Below, piece by piece: positions 18,420-28,662 of a stretch of DNA of 52,039 nucleotides; within the stretch, counting starts at the first letter, position 1; each line of letters starts with the position of its first letter. The notes below the pieces were generated by a model. That model ran no database searches, was not told the DNA's origin, and was given only the letters and a program-made list of their open reading frames with translations. Both the position numbers and the translations under genes were made by a program. Source of the stretch: a bacterium (GTDB lineage: Bacteria; Patescibacteriota; Minisyncoccia; Phycocordibacterales; CAIZLB01); NCBI GenBank assembly GCA_037142735.1, contig JBAXAB010000004.1:1-52039 (forward strand). Direction: 5' to 3'.

Positions 18420-19145
18420 ATGATTTCATTTATAATCCCGACCAAAAACGAAAAGAAGATTATTGCGACAACCCTAGAAAAAATCTTAAAATACACCGGT
18501 CCGAAAGAGATTATTGTTTCCGATGGAAACAGTACAGATGGAACAATCGAGATTATCAAAAAGTACACGGACAAAATGCTCATTTATTCTGGAAAAGAAA
18601 AGCGCCAAAATATTAGCCAAGGAAAAAATGACGGGGCAAAGATTGCTACTGGTGACTACTTGGTTTTCATGGATGCTGACACTTCAGTAGAAAATCCAGA
18701 CGCTTTCTTTACTAAAGCCATTTCGGAATTTAAAAAGGATCCCAAATTAGGAGCCCTGACGGTAAACATAAAAGTATTAAAAGAATTCGAAACTATCGGA
18801 GATAAAATTGTTTTCGGAATGATGAATTGGATGAACCGTTTTTACAATAATGTATGCGGCATTGGTGCTTCAACTGGTGAATTTCAAATGGTCAAACGAG
18901 ACATTTTTAACAAAGTTAACGGCTTCAACGAAGCATTTGCTGCGGGTGAAGATTACGATTTATTTCGTCGCATCTCAAAGCTGTACAGCACAAGAGCTGA
19001 TCCATCATTAACTTCTTATCACACAGGTAGACGTGCGCATGCAATTGGCTGGCCAAAGCTTCTTTCACAGTGGTTCATGAACTTCATCTACACTCTTTTC
19101 TTAAATAAGTCTGCTAGTTCCGAATGGGGTGGAGATATACGATAA
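18420..19145 (+). CDS. Glycosyltransferase family 2
   Basis: ISFIIPTKNE, VSDGNSTD, FMDADT, GFNE..GEDYD. Confidence 0.92.
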   Translation: MISFIIPTKNEKKIIATTLEKILKYTGPKEIIVSDGNSTDGTIEIIKKYTDKMLIYSGKEKRQNISQGKNDGAKIATGDYLVFMDADTSVENPDAFFTKAISEFKKDPKLGALTVNIKVLKEFETIGDKIVFGMMNWMNRFYNNVCGIGASTGEFQMVKRDIFNKVNGFNEAFAAGEDYDLFRRISKLYSTRADPSLTSYHTGRRAHAIGWPKLLSQWFMNFIYTLFLNKSASSEWGGDIR

Positions 19146-19153
19146 AGATACTC

Positions 19154-21517
19154 TTATCTGTTGGCTAATTTTGAAAACTTCTTAGCAAGGAAGTACTGAA
19201 TGATAGCGTAGACTATAATAACGGATGACAGCACATACAGAGTGTGCGCTGAAAAATTTTTTATATTAAAAAAGTCTTTCACTATAAAAATATTCAAGAG
19301 CACAACAAGAAATATAGTTTCCAGAGTGGCCAACAATACAAACTGCCATCTTTGTAGAGCAGTGGTGAGACCGCTGTACACTCGAGGGGTAAAAATAAAG
19401 AAGAGAAATCCAAGAATAATAAAGCAGAGCAGCACGGTACTGGTTCCCACCTGTGCCTGTGGATAACGAACACCTATATCCATCACATCAATCCAGAAAG
19501 CGAAAATCACTACAACAGCCTGAAAGATGGCCGAAACAAAAGCAAATGGCAATACCCTTTTCAAAAAATCTTTTTTGGGTTTAAACACATGTTGATGAAC
19601 TGGTCGAATAATCCAATAGAAAATTAAAAATCCTGGGAACCCAACGGTGAAGTAATTTATAAATGTAATATTTAATGGCGTCAGTGGGAATGAATACCCG
19701 AATCCGGTTAACACCAAAAACAAGAGAAGCCCGATAAAAGCCTGATTAAAGAATATGCTGGCGCAAATTTCTATATTCTCAATAATATTCTCTGCTAACA
19801 CCACACCACCTGGTAAATCCAAAAAATTATTCTTAGTTAAAATCATTGAGGCAACCTGTCTGGTAGCCTGCGCCCCATCAAACATGGCAATACCGAGGTC
19901 AGCTTTTTTAATAGCCAAAGCATCGTTCGCACCATCTCCGATCATGGCGGTGAAACCAACCGTCTTTAAAGCTTCGATAATTCTTTCTTTTTGATCTGGT
20001 TTAATTCTGGCAAAAATTGAGTACTGTGAGATTTTTTCTGTAAAATCTTCTTTACTCCACTTTTCTAATTCATCCCCATTTACATATTTATCTGTATTCT
20101 GAATACCTGCTGCCATAGCTACTGATCGTACTGTGTCCGCACTATCACCTGATATGACCCGAATGGCCACTCCTCGACTTTGAAAAAACTGAATTGCTTC
20201 CTGTATACCCTCTCTTAAATCATTCTTGATGACACACAAAGCAATAATTTCTAGCTGGGTTGTTTTCAAATCATTGGGAATTTTATCAGCATTGTATCCA
20301 GCAAAACAAACCAGTCTTTTTCCACTATTTAATTCTTTATCAATTAAGTCTTTTAACCAAACCTTTTCTTCTGGGAGAGAGCAATGAGACAACAGCACAT
20401 CTGGAGCGCCTGCAATAATAACGTAATTCTGATCACCCTTCTTTGTTAAAACTGCCCCAAATTGTCTGGCTGATGAAAATGATATATTGTCGGAAACAAT
20501 AGATGGGGGTTGGCCTGTTATATTATCCTTAAGAACCATCATAGTTTGGGAGGTATCTCCGCTACCTTCAAGATACGTACTGATAGCAAAATCAGAAAAT
20601 CCTTCTTGGAGCCCCTTCGCTTGATGGATTGATTCTAGGGACAAATTGTTATCAGTTAACGTCCCTGTCTTATCAATGCATAAGTTTCTGATTCTTCCGA
20701 CTTTTTCTACAGCATTAATTTCCTGGACCAATACCCCTCTCTTATGCAAATGGGCAGCGCCATAAGAAAATAACAAAGTAATAATGACAACCATTCCTTG
20801 TGGTAAGAGAGCGCTAGTCAGCGCGCCGACGTTTTGAATAATCTGAATGGTCGGCGCGCCAATCAAAAATCCACGTATAACCACAAAAGCAATTATCCCC
20901 AACAAACCATAGCCTGTATACTTAATAATCGTATTGATTGAGCGTTGAATTGGACTGATACTTGGCGCATACTTTTTAATCGTCTTCGTCATCTCGGCTA
21001 TCTTACTTTCAGTAAAAACTTTCTCAGCTATCATGACACCCAAGCCCGATGTAACAATACTTCCAGCTGAAATCTCTTCACCAATATTGCGTGAAATAGA
21101 CACAGATTCACCAGTAATCAAAGCCTCGTTTACTTCAAAACCTTTTGATGACTTCAATCGACCATCACAAGGTATTTGATCCCCAGATTTTAATTTTACA
21201 GTATCACCTACCAACACATTTTCAGCCAACACTATTGATTCGGTACCATCCGCTGAAACTCTAATCACCCGAAGAGCTGTCTGGAGTTGAAGTTTTTCTA
21301 AAGCAAGCCATGAGCGAATTTCTTGAGCTATACCGATCAGCATATTTAAAACCGTAATGACTCCAAGAAAAATTCCCTCGCGAGCACTACCAAACACTAT
21401 AAGCAATGCCACCACCGCGAAAATTATCCCGTTAATAAGAAGGAACGCATTTCGAAAAACTATTGTGGCAATAGCAGATATTTTTAGTCTTATTGATTCT
21501 GAGATTGGTCGGGGCAC
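19154..21517 (-). CDS. P-type ATPase (HAD-IC, CtpE-like) with atypical TM4
   Basis: ITGES, DKTGTLT, VISGD, MIGDGANDALA; GTG start; PQGM in place of PEGL. Confidence 0.92.
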   Translation of the reverse strand: MPRPISESIRLKISAIATIVFRNAFLLINGIIFAVVALLIVFGSAREGIFLGVITVLNMLIGIAQEIRSWLALEKLQLQTALRVIRVSADGTESIVLAENVLVGDTVKLKSGDQIPCDGRLKSSKGFEVNEALITGESVSISRNIGEEISAGSIVTSGLGVMIAEKVFTESKIAEMTKTIKKYAPSISPIQRSINTIIKYTGYGLLGIIAFVVIRGFLIGAPTIQIIQNVGALTSALLPQGMVVIITLLFSYGAAHLHKRGVLVQEINAVEKVGRIRNLCIDKTGTLTDNNLSLESIHQAKGLQEGFSDFAISTYLEGSGDTSQTMMVLKDNITGQPPSIVSDNISFSSARQFGAVLTKKGDQNYVIIAGAPDVLLSHCSLPEEKVWLKDLIDKELNSGKRLVCFAGYNADKIPNDLKTTQLEIIALCVIKNDLREGIQEAIQFFQSRGVAIRVISGDSADTVRSVAMAAGIQNTDKYVNGDELEKWSKEDFTEKISQYSIFARIKPDQKERIIEALKTVGFTAMIGDGANDALAIKKADLGIAMFDGAQATRQVASMILTKNNFLDLPGGVVLAENIIENIEICASIFFNQAFIGLLLFLVLTGFGYSFPLTPLNITFINYFTVGFPGFLIFYWIIRPVHQHVFKPKKDFLKRVLPFAFVSAIFQAVVVIFAFWIDVMDIGVRYPQAQVGTSTVLLCFIILGFLFFIFTPRVYSGLTTALQRWQFVLLATLETIFLVVLLNIFIVKDFFNIKNFSAHTLYVLSSVIIVYAIIQYFLAKKFSKLANR

Positions 21518-21540
21518 AATTTTTTTATTATAATATGGTT

Positions 21541-22473
21541 TTACTTTAAAAAAGTACTGAGGCCGTCAACAAGTGATGTGGTGGCTTCAAATTTCAAAAA
21601 CTTACGAGCTTTTGAAACATCTGCGAGACTTACTTTTATATCTCCAACCCGTGTCGGTCCGTATGTTGGTTTTATTTTCTTGTTCATCACCTCGCATATA
21701 GTTAACCATAGCCTTTTAATAGTAGTGGGCTTGCCGGTCGCAATATTAAAAACTTCATGCTTTTTATTCTTATCCATTTTTATTTCAGAGGCCAAGCGTA
21801 ACGCCCTCGCCACATCTTTTACATAAATAAAATCCCTCACTGTGTCTCCTTTGCCATTAATAACAGGCTGCTGATTTGAATATGCCTTATCCATAAAAGA
21901 TCTAACAACCGCCGAATAATCTCCTGCGGGAAACTGCCTTGGCCCATAGACGTTAAAAAATCTCATAGCCACGCTTTCGATCTCGAAAGCGGAAGAATAC
22001 AGCTTGCCATATTCTTCTATTTGTATTTTATGCAAAGCATAGGGCGAAAGTGCCGATGTCGGATGATCCTCGCGTATGACTTTAGATTTTGGCTTGCCAT
22101 ACACTGATGCAGAGGAAGCACTTACTACTCTTTTTGCCTTAGCATGTATAGCAGCCATGTACACTTTATGTCCGCCGCTTACATTGACGTCGTAGGCTAC
22201 CGCCGGATGGTTAAAACTTTGAGGCACCGAAACAAAACCGGCTAAATGAACTATGATGTCTCCTTCTTTAAAAACACTTGCGAGAAGCTTTTCATCTCGG
22301 ATGTCACCATTTATAAATTCAATGCGGTGTATTACATGTTGTAGGTTCTCCTTGAAATTTGGGCGTAGATTATCTATGACAACAACTTCATACCCATGGT
22401 TCAAAAATTCATCGACTGTGTGCGACCCTATGAATCCCGCTCCGCCGGTAATTACAACTCGCTTCTTAGTCAT
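21541..22473 (-). CDS. NAD-dependent nucleotide-sugar epimerase/dehydratase (SDR)
   Basis: TGGAGFIGSH, ASSASVYG, YALHK (YxxxK), RFFNVYGPRQ, RDFIYV. Confidence 0.93.
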   Translation of the reverse strand: MTKKRVVITGGAGFIGSHTVDEFLNHGYEVVVIDNLRPNFKENLQHVIHRIEFINGDIRDEKLLASVFKEGDIIVHLAGFVSVPQSFNHPAVAYDVNVSGGHKVYMAAIHAKAKRVVSASSASVYGKPKSKVIREDHPTSALSPYALHKIQIEEYGKLYSSAFEIESVAMRFFNVYGPRQFPAGDYSAVVRSFMDKAYSNQQPVINGKGDTVRDFIYVKDVARALRLASEIKMDKNKKHEVFNIATGKPTTIKRLWLTICEVMNKKIKPTYGPTRVGDIKVSLADVSKARKFLKFEATTSLVDGLSTFLK

Positions 22474-25023
22474 TTAGTTTGATGCTCCGTGGCACTTTTT
22501 ATATTTTTTCCCGCTTCCACATGGACACAAGTCATTACGTCCTACCTTTTCTCCCTTTTGATTTTTCATAGCTGGGGCAGCCGCTTTTGCGGTAGAGATG
22601 TTTCCTGAGATTTCACCAGTGACAGAATTGTATGAATTTGCATCCGGCTTTAATTCGATAGTTCGAACGTTTTCGCCAACACCCACCTCTGCTGTCACAT
22701 TTTCGAGAGACCTAATCACTTCAGAATCCACAGCTATTTCCATTTGTTTAAACAATCTCAAACCCTCTCTCTTGTATTCAACTAATGGATCACGCTGACC
22801 GTACGCACGTAGGCCAACACTTGATCTCATATAATCCATAATTTCCAAGTGATCCACCCAGAATAAATCTACTGATTGCAGGATCACTCCTCGGACAGTA
22901 TTAATGAACGCGCTTTCCCCCATCAGATTTCTTTTTTCCTGAATCTTGTGTCGAGCTTCGAGTGGAGCGTGCTCTACCAATCTTTCAAATTCCTCTGAAA
23001 CGATCGACGTGTCCCCTGTAAGTACCCGTCTTCGTCTTTCATAGACACGCTTTCTCTGTTGATTAAGCACATCATCGTATTCAAGAACATGTCGTCTAGA
23101 ATCAAAATGGATTCCTTCGATACGTGATTGTGCACTTTCAAGTGAGCGCGATACGATTCTATTTGTAATCGGTTCATCTTCTGCAATACCTAAACGGCCC
23201 ATCATTTTTTTGATAGTATCGCTGGCAAATACTCGCATAAGGTTGTCATCGAATGAAACATAAAATTGACTCGCTCCGGGATCACCCTGTCGGCCTGATC
23301 GTCCTCTTAACTGGTTATCGATGCGTCGTGCTTCGTGACGCTCTGTTCCTAATACAAATAATCCACCAAGAGATTTTACCTCTTCGTATTGCTCTTTGGT
23401 TGCAGGAACGCCTCCTAATTTAATATCGACTCCGCGACCTGCCATGTTGGTCGCAATTGTCACAGAACCCTTTCTTCCTGCCTGAGCGACAATTTCCCCT
23501 TCCTTTTCAGCAAATTCTGGTTTCGCATTTAAGACTGTATGAGGAATACCTGCTTTTTTTAAATATTCTGCCAATAATTCATTTTTTTCTATCGACGCAG
23601 TACCCACCAGAACTGGTTGCCCTTTCGCATTCAATTCTTTGATCGTGCGGGCAATGGCTTTAAATTTTCCTTGTTCATTCTGGAAAATCAAATCTCCATG
23701 GTCAATACGAGATATTTTACGATGAGTCGGAACTTCGATCACATCAATACCATACACTTTTAAAAATTCTTCGGAACTTGTCATTGCAGTTCCTGTCATA
23801 CCTGCCAATTTTGGATACAATCGGAAATAGTTTTGATAAGTAATAGAAGCATAGGCACGAGTTTCTTGGTTGATTTTCACACCTTCCTTTGCCTCGATTG
23901 CTTGGTGTAGACCCTCGCTCCAACGTCGTCCAGGCTGTAATCGTCCAGTTGATGGGTCAACGATGATGACTTGATTATCCTTCACAACGTATTCAACATC
24001 CTTTATATAAAGCGCTTTGGCCTTTACTGCGTTTTCCAAATGGTGCACAAATTTAATACCTCCTTCACTGTAAATATTTCCCATACCCAATTCTTTTTCC
24101 GCCAAGTCGATTCCAGCCGTTGTAAGCGCGATGCTTCGGAATTTTTCATCTAATGTATAGTGTTCATCTTTTGACATTCTTCGCGCAATTTTTGAAAAAG
24201 TATTATAGAAGTCATCAGAATCGGCAAATGGAATAGCAATAATCAAAGGAGTACGGGACTCGTCAATTAAAATCGAGTCAACTTCATCGACGATTGCATA
24301 ATAAAAATCTCGCTGACGTAGACCTTGCGTATTTTTCTCCAAATTGTCTCTCAAGTAGTCAAACCCGAACTGACTGTTTGTTCCATAAGTTACGTCCGCC
24401 GCATATGCATCCCTTCTGTCGCATGGTTTTAAAAATTCATACTTGACCTTGAAAGATCCGGCGTCATTTGTTTCTATTTCAAATTTTTCTTTATCAACAT
24501 GTGTTGGATCAAATAGAAAAGAAGAGTCATCATTTACCACACCAACAGTTAATCCAAGGAAAGAATAAATTTCACTCATCCACACTGCGTCACGTCGCGC
24601 CAAATAATCGTTCACTGTAATGACGTGCACACCACGTTGAGACAGCGCATTCAAATAAACCGCCAAGGTCGCCATCAAAGTTTTTCCTTCTCCGGTTTTC
24701 ATTTCTGCAATATTTCCATCATGGAGAATCATTCCTCCAATCAATTGCACATCATAGTGGCGTTGATTGCGCACACGATGTGAAGTTTCCCGGACCACTG
24801 CGAATGCTTCAGGCAAAACAGCAGACAAAGCCTCTTGCAAAGTTTTCCCCTGCGATTCTAAATGAGCAATTTTTTCCCTTAATTCAGGTGTTTTTGCCTT
24901 TAATTCCTCATTTGTAAGCAGTTTTAAATGTTCCTCTAAACCATTGATTTCCTCAACATTTTTCTTGTATTTCTTGATAAATCGGGACGAATGCGTACCT
25001 ATAATCTTTGATATGATCGACAT
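22474..25023 (-). CDS. secA: Preprotein translocase ATPase SecA
   Basis: MKTGEGKT, VDEVDSILIDESRTP, GRSGRQGDPG, C-terminal SEC-C CPCGSGKKYKKCHG. Confidence 0.98.
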   Translation of the reverse strand: MSIISKIIGTHSSRFIKKYKKNVEEINGLEEHLKLLTNEELKAKTPELREKIAHLESQGKTLQEALSAVLPEAFAVVRETSHRVRNQRHYDVQLIGGMILHDGNIAEMKTGEGKTLMATLAVYLNALSQRGVHVITVNDYLARRDAVWMSEIYSFLGLTVGVVNDDSSFLFDPTHVDKEKFEIETNDAGSFKVKYEFLKPCDRRDAYAADVTYGTNSQFGFDYLRDNLEKNTQGLRQRDFYYAIVDEVDSILIDESRTPLIIAIPFADSDDFYNTFSKIARRMSKDEHYTLDEKFRSIALTTAGIDLAEKELGMGNIYSEGGIKFVHHLENAVKAKALYIKDVEYVVKDNQVIIVDPSTGRLQPGRRWSEGLHQAIEAKEGVKINQETRAYASITYQNYFRLYPKLAGMTGTAMTSSEEFLKVYGIDVIEVPTHRKISRIDHGDLIFQNEQGKFKAIARTIKELNAKGQPVLVGTASIEKNELLAEYLKKAGIPHTVLNAKPEFAEKEGEIVAQAGRKGSVTIATNMAGRGVDIKLGGVPATKEQYEEVKSLGGLFVLGTERHEARRIDNQLRGRSGRQGDPGASQFYVSFDDNLMRVFASDTIKKMMGRLGIAEDEPITNRIVSRSLESAQSRIEGIHFDSRRHVLEYDDVLNQQRKRVYERRRRVLTGDTSIVSEEFERLVEHAPLEARHKIQEKRNLMGESAFINTVRGVILQSVDLFWVDHLEIMDYMRSSVGLRAYGQRDPLVEYKREGLRLFKQMEIAVDSEVIRSLENVTAEVGVGENVRTIELKPDANSYNSVTGEISGNISTAKAAAPAMKNQKGEKVGRNDLCPCGSGKKYKKCHGASN

Positions 25024-25055
25024 AGTGTGACTACTATACCATAGAGGGGTTAAAC

Positions 25056-25087
25056 ACAAAAACACCACAGTTAAGTGGTGTTTTTGT
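25056..25087 (-). terminator. Terminator of the small basic protein gene
   Basis: ACAAAAACACCAC/GTGGTGTTTTTGT inverted repeat. Confidence 0.8.
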
Positions 25088-25109
25088 TAAGTGAGAAGAA
25101 AATAATTAA

Positions 25110-25199
25110 TTATTTTCTCTTTCCTTTCTTTGAAGCTTTCTTCTTCTTAGCTGCTGGCTTTCGCTTTGCAACTTTCTTAGCCTTCTTTTTTGCTGCCAT
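25110..25199 (-). CDS. 29-aa Lys/Ala-rich basic protein MAAKKKAKKVAKRKPAAKKKKASKKGKRK (absent from ORF track)
   Basis: Hand translation ATG 25199 to TAA 25110; 15 Lys plus 2 Arg with mixed synonymous codons; dedicated terminator and structured leader. Confidence 0.8.
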   Translation of the reverse strand: MAAKKKAKKVAKRKPAAKKKKASKKGKRK

Positions 25200-25403
25200 G
25201 ATATTTTTTGTAAATTAAAAGATCTCTTAATTCGCGTTTCCGTGCTGATCGACTTTAATTACAAAATAAATTTTTTGTGTACCAGACGAAAACTCGTAAT
25301 GTAATTATCGTTCATAATGATGTTGACCGCAATGTTTTCTGACAACATTATGTGGATAAGTGTTAACGATTATTATTTCTGATTTTTTGCGAATTAAAAA
25401 TAA

Positions 25404-25440
25404 AAAAAATATCTCTACATTTTTTGCAGAGATATTTTTT
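25404..25440 (-). terminator. Terminator after ligase-TPR gene
   Basis: AAAAAATATCTCT/AGAGATATTTTTT inverted repeat with T-tract. Confidence 0.7.
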
Positions 25441-25464
25441 TGTTAGAAAAAATTTTTACTTTTT

Positions 25465-27756
25465 TTATTCTGTTGGATCCTGACCGTTCTGAATCATCTT
25501 GATGTATTTATCCGCCTGAACTTTAAAGCCAGGTTCAATTTGTGCAGCTTGACGCAATTCGTTGATAGCACTGTTAAACTTTTTAGCTTTTAAATAAAGT
25601 GCAGCCATAGACACATGTAATTGTGCATTATTTGGATCTGCATCAATTTTCTTCTGTGCTAATTTTTCAATTATGTCGAATCGTCCAACATCGAGGTAAG
25701 CGCTTACGAGGGCACTATCAGATTCAGCAGGAGTGCCAGCTACTAAAGCAATCGCATCATCAACTTTTCCTGAATACACCAAACCAATAGCATAGAATAC
25801 TCTCGCACTATCATATGTTTTATCAAGTTCGTAGGCTCTCTTGAATAAATCAGAGGCCTTTTGATATTCCTTTTTCGTAACGTACACAATACCTTCCTGA
25901 ATAATGAATTGCTGCTTTGTTGGAGATAAATCTACAGCCTTCTGAAACTCATCAATCGAACCCTTTGTATCATTTACATTAGAAAGATATAGACCGAAGA
26001 AATAATGATATCTTGGATCACCTGGAAATTTTTCAAACTGTTGAGCGTACTGCTCGCGAGTTAATGAATCAAATTCTGTTTTTATTTCAGGAGAAGTAGA
26101 TGTTGATGCAATGATAGCAGAAGTAACTTCTACTAATCTTTCTCTTGTTTCCGCTACACCGAGCGTCACATTTGAATCAAAAATGCTCTTAAAGTATCCA
26201 AATACTTCTTGAGGATCCGGACCAACAACTTTTCCGTTTGCATCGTAGTGATTATTCATCGCTTGCATTGCCTTGATCAAGTCGCTCGAGTTTTTATATG
26301 GTTTGTAGTTTACATCGTACAAAGCAAAGAAAAGAAGGACAGCAACTAACAGGACGACAAACAGTCGAGACTCTTCTTTCGGAACAAGAGGCGCATACGT
26401 TGTGGCCGTGTGACCTTGGACTGATTTATGAGCAGCCACATTTCGCTCGTGAAAGTAAGCCAATAAAATAAAGAAGATCAAATAACTTGTTAAGTTATCG
26501 AAGACGAAAAAGTTGTGAACAAAATACGCAAGAAGTAATCCTGTGATAGTGGCTCGTTCAATCAATGGCCACTTATGTCCCTTGGTAGGATCTGGATGCT
26601 TTGACCACAAGACCATAATCAGTGCCACGAATAGCGCCAGGTACCCAGCAAGACCCAAAAAGCCGCCTGCAATTAACCAGTCAAAGAACACATTGTGAGT
26701 ACGATCAAACCATTGCTCCTGTGAGTATGCAGCTGGATTGTAATACTTTCCAAAAACATAACCAAAATTGTCCTGTCCCCATCCTAGTACAGGCTTCTCC
26801 TGTACCCCCTTCCACGCCATTGGCCATAAGAGGCCAGCTCGAGAATAACCCTCCTTTTCAACTACACCGGACAGATTCCATGTCACCAGAGAACTGTAAC
26901 GATCAAGAAGTGGATACTGTTTTGCAAAATCAGTACCCCGAATAGCCCCCAAAAAAGCCAATCCAATAAGTGCAATGGCTAAAATCCCAATTCCAAGGTT
27001 TCTAATTTTTTTATTATTTTTTTCCCATACGGCCAAAATAAAAGCTGTTAACAAAACCCCAAGAACAAGACCTACCATCGCTCCTCGAGTTCCTGTCTTA
27101 AACAAAATGACAGCATTGAAAATGATTACCAGTGCATACCCGAACACCCTCGAAAGAATGTCTTTGATATTTTTTCGAGCAAAATGTGAGAAAAGGAAAA
27201 ACCCTGCCATAAAAATATGAAGAAGTGCGTAGACTCCTAAATAGCTGGAGTTTCCAAGGGAACCCTGTATACGTCCACCGCTAATTGTATTGATCTTGTC
27301 TGGAGATAAGTCATTAAGCGCATTCAATCCAATAACAATCGAGGCAAACATTGATCCGTGCATTAAATACACCCACAAGCGTCTTGTGTTAAAGACAGAT
27401 GATGTAACCAAAAATAGAAGCCCCAAGTGAATCAACGTCACATACCCTTCCATTCTTTCAAAGTTACTCCAAAAGCTTTTAGCCGGGGCAACACTGAGTA
27501 CCGTAGCCAGGGCCATGATGATAAGAAACGCTCCTAAAGCATATGCAATTGGAGACTTCTTTGGAAGAAATGATCTGTCGTAGCACACCAATATAATATA
27601 GAGAGCAGTAATAATTTCAATAATTGATCGGAAATAAAAGGCTTTACCCGTAATATACGGAAAAAATAAGTTTGTGCTCACTATAATAGGCATAATAAGG
27701 AGTGCAAACACCAATCCAATGATGGAATACTTAAGATATCGTGAAGTTTTAGTCAT
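25465..27756 (-). CDS. O-antigen ligase / O-oligosaccharyltransferase (Wzy_C) with C-terminal TPRs
   Basis: ~12 TM, GSLGNSSYLG, TGTRGA, LGWGQDNF, DRTHN..D; TPR-like repeats (FQKAVDLSP, FKRAYELD, QAAQIEP). Confidence 0.88.
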   Translation of the reverse strand: MTKTSRYLKYSIIGLVFALLIMPIIVSTNLFFPYITGKAFYFRSIIEIITALYIILVCYDRSFLPKKSPIAYALGAFLIIMALATVLSVAPAKSFWSNFERMEGYVTLIHLGLLFLVTSSVFNTRRLWVYLMHGSMFASIVIGLNALNDLSPDKINTISGGRIQGSLGNSSYLGVYALLHIFMAGFFLFSHFARKNIKDILSRVFGYALVIIFNAVILFKTGTRGAMVGLVLGVLLTAFILAVWEKNNKKIRNLGIGILAIALIGLAFLGAIRGTDFAKQYPLLDRYSSLVTWNLSGVVEKEGYSRAGLLWPMAWKGVQEKPVLGWGQDNFGYVFGKYYNPAAYSQEQWFDRTHNVFFDWLIAGGFLGLAGYLALFVALIMVLWSKHPDPTKGHKWPLIERATITGLLLAYFVHNFFVFDNLTSYLIFFILLAYFHERNVAAHKSVQGHTATTYAPLVPKEESRLFVVLLVAVLLFFALYDVNYKPYKNSSDLIKAMQAMNNHYDANGKVVGPDPQEVFGYFKSIFDSNVTLGVAETRERLVEVTSAIIASTSTSPEIKTEFDSLTREQYAQQFEKFPGDPRYHYFFGLYLSNVNDTKGSIDEFQKAVDLSPTKQQFIIQEGIVYVTKKEYQKASDLFKRAYELDKTYDSARVFYAIGLVYSGKVDDAIALVAGTPAESDSALVSAYLDVGRFDIIEKLAQKKIDADPNNAQLHVSMAALYLKAKKFNSAINELRQAAQIEPGFKVQADKYIKMIQNGQDPTE

Positions 27757-27879
27757 GTGTATAATTCGGAAACGTTACTTAATTAATAATGGTAATGAAA
27801 AAAGTATAACACATCTATTACCTAGATTGAATCAAGCTCACAGGTGGTAAAATAACCTTTCTTTGTTATAATCCAACCC

Positions 27880-28650
27880 ATGCAATCACAAGACTTTTCC
27901 CCCATCATCAAGACAACTGAACCAGAGTGGATCGATGCGCAAAAATACGAACAACATACTTGGGTTATTAATAATAAAAGAAATTCCTTCCCAAAATTAG
28001 TTCTTAAATTTTTAAGAGCATTAAAAAAACCAAAATACTTTTTTCAACTACTGCAATTTAAGGATTTTTACTGTGGTGATGATTGGAATTTCTGGTGGAT
28101 GGAAAAATTTAATCACTACAAGGACCTTCCTTCTCATTTTAACAAAGCCTTAGAGGTAGGCAGTGGCCCCTATTCAAACATTAGGTTAATTTCTAAACTC
28201 AAGAACATTAAAGAAATTGTGTGCACAGATCCTTTGATGGATATCTACAAGGATTTCAAAATGACATGGGTTAGTAGTATGGCTAAAAAATCCAAGATCA
28301 AAGCCTTGAGCGGCATGTGCGAAAAGATTGATTTTCCTGATGGAGATTTTGATTTGGTAGTTTGTAATAATGTATTGGACCATGTACTCGATGCAGAAAA
28401 AGGCTTACTTGAAATGCACCGCGTGCTACAAACTGGTGGATATTTTGTTTTTGCTCAAGATCTAACCGACAAAAAAGGTATTGAGGATGAAGAGAAGAGA
28501 GAGGGTCATCCTATCCGTCTTGATCATAATTTTCTCGACAACCTATTAGGAGACAAATACGAACCTGTGTTCAAAAAAATCTTATCAAGAGAAGAAAGTC
28601 GGGTTCCGGAATATTATGGAACGTATTTATTAATCGGAAAGAAAAAGTAA
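27880..28650 (+). CDS. Class I SAM-dependent methyltransferase
   Basis: LEVGSGP motif I, FPDGDFDLVVCNNVLDHV, EMHRVLQTGG. Confidence 0.88.
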   Translation: MQSQDFSPIIKTTEPEWIDAQKYEQHTWVINNKRNSFPKLVLKFLRALKKPKYFFQLLQFKDFYCGDDWNFWWMEKFNHYKDLPSHFNKALEVGSGPYSNIRLISKLKNIKEIVCTDPLMDIYKDFKMTWVSSMAKKSKIKALSGMCEKIDFPDGDFDLVVCNNVLDHVLDAEKGLLEMHRVLQTGGYFVFAQDLTDKKGIEDEEKREGHPIRLDHNFLDNLLGDKYEPVFKKILSREESRVPEYYGTYLLIGKKK

Positions 28651-28662
28651 TATATCTTTAGA

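Noticed and set aside
1298-25440. Long perfect inverted repeats as MITEs/REP elements
   Set aside because: Their stems are unrelated in sequence and each sits at a gene 3' end with A/T tracts, as expected for intrinsic terminators
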